From: an uncultured Isosphaeraceae bacterium
Lineage (GTDB): Bacteria > Planctomycetota > Phycisphaerae > Phycisphaerales > SM1A02
NCBI GenBank assembly: GCA_964638815.1
Contig: CAZXBB010000319.1
Span: 8,164 to 72,163, forward strand
Reading direction: 5' to 3'
DNA length: 64,000 nt
Shown here: in pieces, positions 18,414 through 27,150 of the stretch
How positions within the stretch are numbered: the first letter of the stretch is position 1
Layout of the letters: each line of letters starts with the position of its first letter
The notes under the pieces: generated by a model
The model's input: the letters and a program-made list of their open reading frames with translations, nothing else
What the model was told of the DNA's origin: nothing
Database searches by the model: none
Program-made: the position numbers and the translations under genes

Positions 18414-18800
18414 ATGATCCAGAAAGAATCCAGACTCGAAGTGGCGGACAACAGCGGCGCGAAGATCGTGCAGGTGATCGGCGTGCTCGGCGGCTCGACC
18501 GCCCGCGGCAAGTTCACGCGACGGTCCGTCGGCGTCGGCGATCGCATCGTCTGCTCGGTGAAGAAGGCCCTTCCCAACTCCGACGTCAAGAGCGGCGACA
18601 AGGTCCGGGCCGTGATCGTCCGGACCAAGTACCCGACCCGACGCGCGGACGGTTCCTATGTCCGCTTCGACTCGAACGCGTGCGTGCTGATCGGCGAGGA
18701 CAGCAACCCGAAGGGCACGCGGATCTTCGGCGCCGTCGCGCGCGAGCTTCGCGAGAAGAACTACATGAAGATCGTGTCACTCGCTTCGGAGGTGATCTGA
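18414..18800 (+). CDS. rplN: 50S ribosomal protein L14
   Basis: [17 protein letters not shown]... Confidence 0.97.
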   Translation: MIQKESRLEVADNSGAKIVQVIGVLGGSTARGKFTRRSVGVGDRIVCSVKKALPNSDVKSGDKVRAVIVRTKYPTRRADGSYVRFDSNACVLIGEDSNPKGTRIFGAVARELREKNYMKIVSLASEVI

Positions 18801-18802
18801 CC

Positions 18803-19141
18803 ATGCCGCGCCACATCCGCAAGGGTGACAACGTGATCGTCACCGCCGGCAACGACAAGGGCTTGACGGGCGAGGTCCTGCGGGTCCTCATCGACAGGAG
18901 CCGCGTCGTCGTGCAGGGCGTCAACATCCGCGCGAAGCACATGAAGCCGACGCAGTCCAGTCCGCAGGGCGGCATCCTCCGCAAGGAGATGCCCATCCAC
19001 ATGTCGAACGTGAGCCCCGTCGTCGATGGAAAGCCGACGCGGGTCCGGTTCGAGAAGAAGGCGGACGGCTCGAAGGTGCGCGTGGCGACGCGGAACGGCA
19101 AGGAGCTGCATACGCTCCACGGTCCGCGCGACGGAAAGTAG
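18803..19141 (+). CDS. rplX: 50S ribosomal protein L24
   Basis: The internal ATG of track ORF 18680..19141 gives MPRHIRKGDNVIVTAGNDKGLTGEVLRV... (KOW motif). Confidence 0.93.
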   Translation: MPRHIRKGDNVIVTAGNDKGLTGEVLRVLIDRSRVVVQGVNIRAKHMKPTQSSPQGGILRKEMPIHMSNVSPVVDGKPTRVRFEKKADGSKVRVATRNGKELHTLHGPRDGK

Positions 19142-19169
19142 AAGCAAAGGCTCTCACAGGAACGCAACG

Positions 19170-19754
19170 ATGGTCGCTCAAACCGAAAAACCCAGACTCC
19201 AGGCCCTCTACGAGGAGAGCATCCCCGGGAAGGTGATGAAGGAGTTCGGCCTGCGCAACCGGCACCAGGTGCCCGCGGTCAGGAAGATCGTCGTGAACTG
19301 CGGCGTTGGCCGGTTCCTCGAGAACCAGAAGCTGAAGCCGGAGATCCGGGACACGGTCTTCAGCACGCTGTCGACCATCACCGGACAGCGGCCGGTCCTG
19401 ATCCACGCCCGGCGCTCGGTGTCGAACTTCAAGGTGCGCGAGGGCGCGCCGTCGGCGGTGATGGTGACCCTGCGGCGCGAGCGTATGTGGCACTTTCTGG
19501 ATCGCCTCGTCAGTCTCGCGATCCCGCGCATCAAGGACTTTCGCGGACTGAAGGTCGGCTCGTTCGACAAGGCCGGCACCTACTCGATGGGTCTCACCGA
19601 GCAGGCGGTTTGGCCCGAGATCAACATGGCGAACGTGACCTTCACGCACGGCATGCACATCAACATCTGCCTCGAGAACTCGACTCCGGACCTGAGTCGC
19701 TTCGTTCTCACCGAACTCGGCATGCCCTTCCGGCGCGCCGAGCAGACCAAGTAA
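19170..19754 (+). CDS. rplE: 50S ribosomal protein L5
   Basis: The internal ATG of track ORF 19026..19754 gives MVAQTEKPRLQALYEESIPGKVMKEFG... Confidence 0.95.
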   Translation: MVAQTEKPRLQALYEESIPGKVMKEFGLRNRHQVPAVRKIVVNCGVGRFLENQKLKPEIRDTVFSTLSTITGQRPVLIHARRSVSNFKVREGAPSAVMVTLRRERMWHFLDRLVSLAIPRIKDFRGLKVGSFDKAGTYSMGLTEQAVWPEINMANVTFTHGMHINICLENSTPDLSRFVLTELGMPFRRAEQTK

Positions 19755-19766
19755 GGAAAGACGGGT

Positions 19767-19952
19767 ATGGCAAGCAAGCGTGTATTCGCCCAGATGAAAA
19801 AGACGCCGAAATTCTCGACGCGCAAGCGGAACCGGTGCCAGATCACCGGCCGTGCCCGCGGCGTGTACCGGAAGTTCGGTGTCAGTCGCATCGTGCTGCG
19901 TGAGCTGGCACTGAAGGGAATGATTCCCGGAATGCGGAAGGCGAGCTGGTAA
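19767..19952 (+). CDS. rpsN: 30S ribosomal protein S14, short 61-aa form lacking most zinc-ligand cysteines
   Basis: [61 protein letters not shown]; only one Cys is present. Confidence 0.95.
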   Translation: MASKRVFAQMKKTPKFSTRKRNRCQITGRARGVYRKFGVSRIVLRELALKGMIPGMRKASW

Positions 19953-20351
19953 ATGTCTCAACAAGATCTCACTGCCGACATGCTCACGCGGATCCGCAAC
20001 GCGGTCCGGAACAAGGCGAAGACCGTCAAGTGCCTGAACAACAAGCTCAATCGCGGCGTCGCGAAGGTGCTTGACGATGAGGGTTACATCGACGGTTTCG
20101 ACGTCATCGACGACGGACGCCAGGGCGTTCTCAGCGTCACGCTGAAGTACGGCACCCGCGGCGAGCAGCTCATCAACTCGATCGACCGCGTGTCGAAGCC
20201 GGGTTGCCGCGTGTACAAGGGCTCGGACGACCTGCCGCGCCCGCTCCAGGGGCTCGGCATCGCGATCGTCTCGACGAGCCGGGGCATCATGAGCGATCGG
20301 CGATGCCGCGACCAGAAGGTCGGCGGCGAGGTCGTCGCTATCGTCACGTAA
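19953..20351 (+). CDS. rpsH: 30S ribosomal protein S8
   Basis: MSQQDLTADMLTRIRNA... Confidence 0.97.
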   Translation: MSQQDLTADMLTRIRNAVRNKAKTVKCLNNKLNRGVAKVLDDEGYIDGFDVIDDGRQGVLSVTLKYGTRGEQLINSIDRVSKPGCRVYKGSDDLPRPLQGLGIAIVSTSRGIMSDRRCRDQKVGGEVVAIVT

Positions 20352-20361
20352 GGACTCAGCC

Positions 20362-20919
20362 ATGTCGCGCATCGGAAAGAAGCCAATCACCGTCCCGCCG
20401 ACCGTCAAGGTCAGCGTCGATCCGAAGTCGCGGACGATTTCGGTAGAGGGGCCGAAGGGCAAGCTCGCGTACGAGTACCGCCCCGAAGTCACGGTGAAGT
20501 GGGACGAGAACGAGAAGCAGATCGTCTGCACGATCCCCGAGGAGCAGATGAAGCTCGGCCAGACGCGCGCGTACTGGGGCACCGTGCGTTCGCGCATCCA
20601 GAACCTCGTCACCGGCGTCACGAACGGATACAGCAGGAAGCTCGAGGTCATCGGGGTCGGCTGGAACGCCAAGCCGCTGGGCAAGACGATCCAGCTCAAC
20701 GTCGGCTACTGCAATCCCGTGGTCATGACCCCGCCGCCTCTTGTCGAGTTCGCGATCGAGGGGCAGATCATCACGATCAGCGGGCCGGACAAGCAGGCCG
20801 TCGGGCAGTTCGCCGCGGAGCTCCGCTCGAAGCGTCCGCCGGAGCCGTACAACGGCAAGGGCATCAAGTACACGGATGAGCTGATCATCCGGAAGCAGGG
20901 CAAGGTCTTCGGCTCCTGA
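20362..20919 (+). CDS. rplF: 50S ribosomal protein L6
   Basis: [19 protein letters not shown]... Confidence 0.97.
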   Translation: MSRIGKKPITVPPTVKVSVDPKSRTISVEGPKGKLAYEYRPEVTVKWDENEKQIVCTIPEEQMKLGQTRAYWGTVRSRIQNLVTGVTNGYSRKLEVIGVGWNAKPLGKTIQLNVGYCNPVVMTPPPLVEFAIEGQIITISGPDKQAVGQFAAELRSKRPPEPYNGKGIKYTDELIIRKQGKVFGS

Positions 20920-20941
20920 TGACCAGTTGGAAGCACGCACG

Positions 20942-21304
20942 ATGAATCGCATCAAGCTCAAGACGATCCGACACAATCGCCGCAAGAAGAGCATTCGCCG
21001 CTCGGTGATCGGCGAGCCGTCGCGGCCGCGTCTGACCGTGTTCCGCAGCGCGAAGCACATCTACGCGCAGGTGATCGACGACCTCGCCGGACGGACGCTC
21101 GCGTCCGCGAGCACGACCGAGAAGGGCGCTAAGACGTCGAACGGCGGTAACTGCGACGCGGCCAAGGTGGTCGGCAAGACGATCGCCGAGCGGGCGAAGG
21201 AGGCGGGCGTCGAGACGGTGGTCTTCGATCGCAACGGCTACCGCTTCCATGGACGCATCAAGGCGCTCGCGGACGCGGTCCGCGAAGGCGGCGTCAAGTT
21301 CTGA
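20942..21304 (+). CDS. rplR: 50S ribosomal protein L18
   Basis: ATG 20942 (the track start 20927 is TTG) gives [22 protein letters not shown]...[19 protein letters not shown]. Confidence 0.93.
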   Translation: MNRIKLKTIRHNRRKKSIRRSVIGEPSRPRLTVFRSAKHIYAQVIDDLAGRTLASASTTEKGAKTSNGGNCDAAKVVGKTIAERAKEAGVETVVFDRNGYRFHGRIKALADAVREGGVKF

Positions 21305-21309
21305 GGCGA

Positions 21310-21333
21310 GCGACGAAGCGACGAAGCGACGAA
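21310..21333. repeat. 8-bp tandem repeat gcgacgaa x3 between rplR and rpsE
   Basis: Read directly from the sequence. The same 8-mer array recurs at 46557-46590 and, as 2 units in coding sequence, at 7894-7909. Confidence 0.9.
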
Positions 21334-21349
21334 GGAACAGGATTGATCC

Positions 21350-21997
21350 ATGGCAGAGTTCATTGACGAAGCATCGGCACTCGAATCCACGACGGTGGGC
21401 GTCTATCGCACCGCCGCGACGGTGAAGGGTGGTCGGCGGTTCAGCTTCTCGGCGATGGTCGTCGTCGGCGATCGGCGCGGTCGTGTCGGCCTGGGCTACG
21501 GCAAGGCCAACCAGGTGCCGCCCGCGATCGAGAAGGCGCAGAAGGAGGCGAAGCGGCGCATGCGGGCGTACTCGCTGCTCGGCCGCACCATCCCGCACGA
21601 GGTCACGGGCACCTTCGGGGCGTGTCGCGTCCGGCTGATCCCCGCGTCGCCGGGCACGGGCGTGATCGCCGGCGCCGCCGTCCGCGCCCCGCTCGAGATG
21701 ATCGGCATCCAGGACTGCCTCACCAAGAGCTACGGATCGAACAACAGCAAGAACCTCGTGAAGGCCGTGATCGACGGGCTCGACAAGCTCCGGCTGCGGG
21801 AGACGGTCGAGGAGCTGCGCGGGATGGAGCTCGAGCGCACCGACGTCGAGATCGCGATCGAGCGTGGCCAGGCCTTCCTCGGGTCCCCCGGCAGGAAGAC
21901 CGGACCGGCCGCGGACACGGACACGGACACGGACGCGGACACGGACACGGAGACAGGGGCCCCGGCCGAAGCCTCCGCGGAGCAGCCCTCCGCGTGA
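21350..21997 (+). CDS. rpsE: 30S ribosomal protein S5 with a ~45-aa low-complexity C-terminal tail
   Basis: ...GGRRFSFSAMVVVGDRRGRVGLGYGKANQVPPAIEKA... followed by the tail ...GPAADTDTDTDADTDTETGAPAEASAEQPSA. Confidence 0.95.
   Translation: MAEFIDEASALESTTVGVYRTAATVKGGRRFSFSAMVVVGDRRGRVGLGYGKANQVPPAIEKAQKEAKRRMRAYSLLGRTIPHEVTGTFGACRVRLIPASPGTGVIAGAAVRAPLEMIGIQDCLTKSYGSNNSKNLVKAVIDGLDKLRLRETVEELRGMELERTDVEIAIERGQAFLGSPGRKTGPAADTDTDTDADTDTETGAPAEASAEQPSA
21914..21955 (+). repeat. in-frame hexamer repeat (gacacg x~7) encoding (DT)n in the S5 tail
   Basis: gacacg gacacg gacacg gacgcg gacacg gacacg gagaca. Confidence 0.9.
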
Positions 21998-22028
21998 CGA
22001 TGCGGACGACTTTGGAGACTTCTTCACC

Positions 22029-22553
22029 ATGATGATCCACGAGATCACGGAGCAGGTCGGTCGCTACAAGACGCGCAAACGCGTCGGGCGCGGTCGCTCC
22101 AGCGGCGTCGGCAAGACGAGCGGCCGCGGCCACAAGGGCGCCGGCTCGCGGTCCGGCCACAAGCACCGCGCCTACTTCGAGGGCGGCCAGATGCCGTTCG
22201 CGCGTCGCATTCCGAAGCGCGGCTTCACGAACCACGACTTCCGCACGCTGTTCCACATCGTGAACCTCAAGTCGATCGACGCCCGCTTCGAGGCGGGGGC
22301 CGCGGTGGACGCGGACGCGCTCGTAGCGGCGGGGCTCATTCGCGACGCCGGGTGCCCGGTGAAAGTGCTCGGCGAGGGCGAGCTGACCAAGAAGATCGAC
22401 GTGACCGCCGCGAAGTTCTCGGCTTCGGCCCGCGCGAAGATCGAGGCGGCCGGCGGCACGGTCAACGAACTGGAGAAGGTGAAGTGGACCCGGGCCGCGG
22501 CGGGCCCGTCGAAGCGGCGCCCGCAGAAGGCGAAACCGGCCAGGTCGAAGTAG
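22029..22553 (+). CDS. rplO: 50S ribosomal protein L15
   Basis: The internal ATG of track ORF 21864..22553 gives MMIHEITEQVGRYKTRKRVGRGRSSGVGKTSGRGHKG.... It follows rpsE directly, with no rpmD between them. Confidence 0.93.
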   Translation: MMIHEITEQVGRYKTRKRVGRGRSSGVGKTSGRGHKGAGSRSGHKHRAYFEGGQMPFARRIPKRGFTNHDFRTLFHIVNLKSIDARFEAGAAVDADALVAAGLIRDAGCPVKVLGEGELTKKIDVTAAKFSASARAKIEAAGGTVNELEKVKWTRAAAGPSKRRPQKAKPARSK

Positions 22554-22581
22554 AAGACCGACGCCCCCGCGAAGGATTGAG

Positions 22582-24000
22582 ATGCTCCAGGCATTCTTGA
22601 ACATTTTCCGGATCCCCGACCTCAGGAACCGCGTGCTCTTCACGCTCGGCGTCCTCGTCGTCTACCGGATCGGGTTCTGGATTCCGCTGGCCGGCGTGGA
22701 CCAGTCCGCGCTCGTCGAGGCGGCGAAGAACGCGTCGGAGGGGGGAACCGGGTTCGGCAAGATCCTCGACTACGCCGCGATCTTCTCGGGCGGGTCGTTC
22801 AGTCAATCGACGATCTTCGGGCTCGGGATCATGCCGTACATCACGGCGTCGATCATCTTCCAGCTCCTCCAGACTGCGGTTCCGCGGCTCCAGGAGCTGA
22901 AGAAGGAAGGCGCGAGCGGCCAGCAGAAGATCACGGAGTGGACGCGATACGCGACGGTCGCGATGTGTCTCATCCAGTCCGTGATGTGGCTTCGCTTCAT
23001 GGAGACCTCGGGCATGGTCAAGCCCGAGATCATGGGCACGAAGGTCTCGCTGCTGTTCTTCTTCCTCGCCGGCGTCACCGGCCTCACCGCCGGCAGCATG
23101 TTCCTCATGTGGCTCGGCGAGCAGATCGACAAGTACGGCATCGGCAACGGCGTCTCGCTCATCCTGACCGCCGGCATCATCTCGCAGATGCCGAGCGCGG
23201 TGATGTGGATCGCCGGCAACTTCGAGCTCAGCACGCAGGAGGAGGCGGCCATCGGCCCGGCCGGGGTCCTGTTCCTCGTCGCCGCGTTCGTCTTCGTGGT
23301 CGCGGGCGCGATCCTCATCACGGTGGCCCAGCGTCGCATACCGATCCAGCAGGCCCGGCACACCCGCGGGCGGAAGGTCTACGGCGGCGGCAAGCACTAC
23401 CTGCCGCTGCGCGTGAACCACGCGGGCGTCATGCCGATCATCTTCGCCAGCTCGCTCATGATCTTCCCGTCGGCCTTCTTCGGCTACCTCAGCACGGCCG
23501 CGAACAGCTCGGGCAGCTCCGCGGAATGGTGGATCGCGACCACCGGATTCCTCAACACGCACTTCCAGATGGGGGCGTATCCCTACATCCTCATCGAGAT
23601 CGCCCTGATCTACTTCTTCAGCTACTTCTGGACGACCGTCGTCTTCAGCCCTGACGACATGGCCAAGCAGCTGCGCGACCACGGCAGCTTCATTCCCGGT
23701 CTGCGGCCGGGACCGCGAACGGCGGAGTACCTGGAGACCGTCGTGGAGCGGATCACCTACGTGGGCGCCGGCTTCCTCGCGATCATCGCGATCATCCCGA
23801 CGATCGTGAGCAGGCAGATGGGCATCCCGTTCTTCGTGTCGAGCTTCCTGGGCGGAACCGGGCTCCTGATCGTCGTGAGCGTGGGGCTCGACCTGATCCA
23901 GCGTATCGAGGCGAATCTCCTCATGCGGAACTACGCGGGATTCCTCAGCGGGGGCGAGCAGGGCCGGGCCCCGCGGGTACGGAGCGGAAGAAGGGCATGA
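22582..24000 (+). CDS. secY: preprotein translocase subunit SecY
   Basis: 472 aa with 10 TM-like segments. Motifs: ...[15 protein letters not shown]..., ...GNGVSLII.... Confidence 0.97.
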   Translation: MLQAFLNIFRIPDLRNRVLFTLGVLVVYRIGFWIPLAGVDQSALVEAAKNASEGGTGFGKILDYAAIFSGGSFSQSTIFGLGIMPYITASIIFQLLQTAVPRLQELKKEGASGQQKITEWTRYATVAMCLIQSVMWLRFMETSGMVKPEIMGTKVSLLFFFLAGVTGLTAGSMFLMWLGEQIDKYGIGNGVSLILTAGIISQMPSAVMWIAGNFELSTQEEAAIGPAGVLFLVAAFVFVVAGAILITVAQRRIPIQQARHTRGRKVYGGGKHYLPLRVNHAGVMPIIFASSLMIFPSAFFGYLSTAANSSGSSAEWWIATTGFLNTHFQMGAYPYILIEIALIYFFSYFWTTVVFSPDDMAKQLRDHGSFIPGLRPGPRTAEYLETVVERITYVGAGFLAIIAIIPTIVSRQMGIPFFVSSFLGGTGLLIVVSVGLDLIQRIEANLLMRNYAGFLSGGEQGRAPRVRSGRRA

Positions 24001-24049
24001 CGGCGGCGCCTATGCTTTGCCGCTCAGGGTCGGGGTAAATCGGAGACGT

Positions 24050-24265
24050 ATGGCGAAAGAGGAAAAAATCTCGCTTGACGCGGAAGTGACGGAAGCGCTG
24101 CCGGACGCACGGTTCCGGGTCAAGCTGGACAACGGCCAGACGATCCTGGCCTACGTGAGCGGGAAGATGCGGAAGTTCTACATCCGCATCCTTCCCGGAG
24201 ACCGGGTGACGGTGGAGCTGAGCCCGTACGACATGACCAAGGGCCGGATCACCTACCGGCACTGA
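24050..24265 (+). CDS. infA: translation initiation factor IF-1
   Basis: The internal ATG gives [71 protein letters not shown]. Confidence 0.95.
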   Translation: MAKEEKISLDAEVTEALPDARFRVKLDNGQTILAYVSGKMRKFYIRILPGDRVTVELSPYDMTKGRITYRH

Positions 24266-24297
24266 CAGAAGCCGACCGACTGACGGAAAGAGCAGCC

Positions 24298-24414
24298 ATG
24301 AAGGTTCAAAGCAGCATCAAGCGACGCACGAAGGATTGCCAGATCATCATCCGACGCGGCAAGCGCTTCGTGATCAACAAGAAGAATCCCCGCCTCAAGC
24401 AGCGTCAAGGCTGA
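24298..24414 (+). CDS. rpmJ: 50S ribosomal protein L36 (38 aa), zinc-ligand-poor form
   Basis: Not in the ORF track because it is too short. Hand translation gives [41 protein letters not shown] at 24412-24414. It lies between infA and rpsM as expected. Confidence 0.9.
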   Translation: MKVQSSIKRRTKDCQIIIRRGKRFVINKKNPRLKQRQG

Positions 24415-24483
24415 GAGAGCGGTCGGCTGTCAGCTTCCCGGCTGGTCAGCTCCCGACTGAAGAAGGCACACTGGAGCACGAGC

Positions 24484-24858
24484 ATGCCCCGTATCGCAGG
24501 CGTCGACATCCCCGAGCGGAAGAAGATCCGCTTCGCCCTCCGCTACATCTACGGGATCGGCCCGAAGTTCGCGGACAACATCCTTGCCGAGGCGGGGGTC
24601 GATCCGGACAGGAAGGCGAGCGAACTCTCCGACCAGGACGTCACGCAGATCGCGACGGTCATCGACGCGAACTACATCGTCGAGGGGGCGCTTCGCCGCC
24701 AGGTGCAGCAGAACATTCAGCGGCTGCGCGACATCCGGACCTACCGGGGCGAGCGTCACCGCAAGGGGCTGCCCGTCCGCGGCCAGCGCACCAAGTGCAA
24801 CGCGCGCACCCGCAAGGGACGGAGGAAGACGGTCGCCGGCAAGAAGGGCGTGAAGTAA
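24484..24858 (+). CDS. rpsM: 30S ribosomal protein S13
   Basis: [26 protein letters not shown]... Confidence 0.97.
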   Translation: MPRIAGVDIPERKKIRFALRYIYGIGPKFADNILAEAGVDPDRKASELSDQDVTQIATVIDANYIVEGALRRQVQQNIQRLRDIRTYRGERHRKGLPVRGQRTKCNARTRKGRRKTVAGKKGVK

Positions 24859-25230
24859 ATGGCCAAGAAGAAGATCCGAAAGAACGTCATTCGCGGGATC
24901 GCCCACGTCAAGGCGACGTTCAACAACACGATCATCACGATCACCGACATCAACGGCGAGACCCTCTGCTGGGACTCCGCCGGCACCGTCGGCTTCAAGG
25001 GGGCCCGCAAGGCCACGCCGTTCGCCGCCACCCGCGCCGCAGAGAAGTGCGCCGCGAAGGCGAAGCGCATGGGCATGCGCGAGATCGAGGTTCACGTGAA
25101 GGGGCCGGGGTCGGGCCGCGAGTCGGCCGTGACCGCGCTCCAGAACAACGGCCTGAACATCACGGCGGTGGAGGACCACACGCCGATCCCGCACAACGGT
25201 TGTCGCCCCCGGAAGAAGCGGCGCGTCTGA
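24859..25230 (+). CDS. rpsK: 30S ribosomal protein S11
   Basis: ...[24 protein letters not shown]... Confidence 0.97.
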   Translation: MAKKKIRKNVIRGIAHVKATFNNTIITITDINGETLCWDSAGTVGFKGARKATPFAATRAAEKCAAKAKRMGMREIEVHVKGPGSGRESAVTALQNNGLNITAVEDHTPIPHNGCRPRKKRRV

Positions 25231-25348
25231 GCATGTACTCTTCGCGGGAAAGCAGGGGTCACGGATCGCTCAGCAGGATCCGCCGACACCCGATACCCCG
25301 CGGAGTTCCTGGTTCCTTCAGGTTCTGCTGAAATCGGAGTTTACGGCT

Positions 25349-26350
25349 ATGCACGTTCGCTGGCGAGGTCTCGAGCTGCCCGCGCGGGTCGAGGTGGAAG
25401 AATCATCGAAGACCGATTCGTTCTCGCGGTTCATCATCGAGCCGTTCGAGCGGGGTTTCGGCACGACGATCGGCAACAGCCTTCGTCGGATCCTCCTGTC
25501 GAGCGTCGAGGGCGCGGCGGTCGTCACCGTGCGCATCGACGGCGTCGAGCACGAGTTCTCGACGATTCCCGGCGTCATGGAAGACGTCACCGACATCATC
25601 CTCAACATCAAGGGCCTTGTCGTCAGCCTCGACGCGGACGAGCCGAAGGTGATGCGTCTCGCCGCGACCGGTCCCGGCGAGGTCACCGCCGATCTCATCG
25701 AGGCCGACACCGCCGTCACGATCCACAACCCCACGCACGTCATCGCGACGCTCACCGACGAGGTCGACTTCGAGTGCGAGATGACGGTCGCCAAGGGCCG
25801 CGGCTACCAGCCCGCCGCGGAGCAGTACGCATCGCGCGACGAGCAGGTGATCGGCGAGATGCCGATCGACGCGGTCTTCAGCCCGGTCCGCCGCGTGCGG
25901 TACCGCGTCGAGGACACGCGTATCGGTCAGAAGACGAACTACGACAAGCTCATCATGGACCTGTGGACGAACGGCACGGCGTCGCCGGAGCTGATCCTCG
26001 TCGAAGCGGCGAAGATCCTCCGCAAGCACCTCAACCCGTTCGTCCAGTACTTCGAGATCGGCGCCACGCAGGTCTCACCCGAGGCGAGTGCCGCCGCCAG
26101 CGTCGATGAGGACCTGATCCGCAAGCTCAACATGCGGCTCACGGATCTCGACATGTCGGTGCGGGCGTCGAACTGCCTCGAATCGGCGGAGATCCGCACC
26201 GTCGCCCAGCTCGTTCAGAAGGACGAGCCCGAGCTGCTGACCGTGCGCAGCTTCGGCAAGACCTCGCTCCGCGAGGTGAAGCGGCGTCTCGAGGAGCTCG
26301 GGCTCACGCTCGGCATGAAGCTCCCGGAAGGCTACCAGTCCCCGAATTGA
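25349..26350 (+). CDS. rpoA: DNA-directed RNA polymerase subunit alpha
   Basis: 333 aa with the N-terminal domain ...FIIEPFERGFGTTIGNSLRRILLSS... and the C-terminal domain ...LDMSVRASNCLESAEIRTVAQLV. Confidence 0.97.
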   Translation: MHVRWRGLELPARVEVEESSKTDSFSRFIIEPFERGFGTTIGNSLRRILLSSVEGAAVVTVRIDGVEHEFSTIPGVMEDVTDIILNIKGLVVSLDADEPKVMRLAATGPGEVTADLIEADTAVTIHNPTHVIATLTDEVDFECEMTVAKGRGYQPAAEQYASRDEQVIGEMPIDAVFSPVRRVRYRVEDTRIGQKTNYDKLIMDLWTNGTASPELILVEAAKILRKHLNPFVQYFEIGATQVSPEASAAASVDEDLIRKLNMRLTDLDMSVRASNCLESAEIRTVAQLVQKDEPELLTVRSFGKTSLREVKRRLEELGLTLGMKLPEGYQSPN

Positions 26351-26418
26351 ACGCCACGCAGTCCCCCGATCCCCTCACCTCAAGCCTCTCAGTCTCTCAG
26401 CCCCTGCGGATAGAAGCC

Positions 26419-27114
26419 ATGCGTCACCGAATCTCAGGCAAGCAACTCTGTCGTGACAGCGAGCACCGGCGCGCGATGCTGCGCAATCTCGCCGCCGGCG
26501 TCTTCGAGCACGGGGAGATCGAGACCACGCTTCCGAAGGCGAAGGCCGTGCAGCCGTTCGTGGAGAAGATCATCACCACCGCGAAGAAGGGCACGTTCAG
26601 CGCGCGTCGCCAGATCGAGTCGCGGCTGACCGATCGCAAGATCCACGCGTGGGTCGCGGATCCGAACGTGCCCGATTCCCGGAAGGACAATCCTTACTTC
26701 GAGCTGCCCTCCGAGAGCGACATCGAGTTCAACCGGTTCGGCGAGGTGCGCAAGGCCCCGCGTCTCGTGCAGCACGTGATGACGAAGATCGCGCCGATGT
26801 TCGAGGATCGCGACGGCGGCTACACGCGGATCATCAAGACCGGCCGGCACCGGCTCGGTGACGGGGCCGACCTCGTCATCCTCCAGCTCGTCGGGCAGGA
26901 GGACGGTCCGGAGATCGGCGGCGGCACGTCGACGCGGCGGCAGCAGGCCGATCGGCGCGCCGCCTACGCCGCGCAGGCCCGCAAGGGGATGGCGGGAGGC
27001 GGCGCGGGCGCCGCGAGAGCGGAGGCCCCGGAGCCGCCCGCCGCCGAGGACGCCGAAGCGGCCCAGGTGGACGATGCGCCCGCTCCGGAGAGTGAAGCGA
27101 AGGCCGACGAGTAG
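26419..27114 (+). CDS. rplQ: 50S ribosomal protein L17 with an internal insertion and an Ala/Glu-rich C-terminal extension
   Basis: The internal ATG gives MRHRISGKQLCRDSEHRRAMLRNLAAGVFEHGEIETTLPKAKAV...GGYTRIIKTGRHRLGDGADLVILQLV, followed by a ~65-aa low-complexity tail. Confidence 0.9.
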   Translation: MRHRISGKQLCRDSEHRRAMLRNLAAGVFEHGEIETTLPKAKAVQPFVEKIITTAKKGTFSARRQIESRLTDRKIHAWVADPNVPDSRKDNPYFELPSESDIEFNRFGEVRKAPRLVQHVMTKIAPMFEDRDGGYTRIIKTGRHRLGDGADLVILQLVGQEDGPEIGGGTSTRRQQADRRAAYAAQARKGMAGGGAGAARAEAPEPPAAEDAEAAQVDDAPAPESEAKADE

Positions 27115-27150
27115 AATCAGCCGGCCTCAACGACCTCCCCGGAGCCTGGC

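Noticed and set aside
27112-27117. A TAGAAT hexamer overlapping the rplQ stop, considered as a promoter for the hybrid kinase gene.
   Set aside because: There is no plausible -35 or TG extension at the right spacing, and the kinase gene could simply be read through from the ribosomal operon or use an unrecognised promoter.
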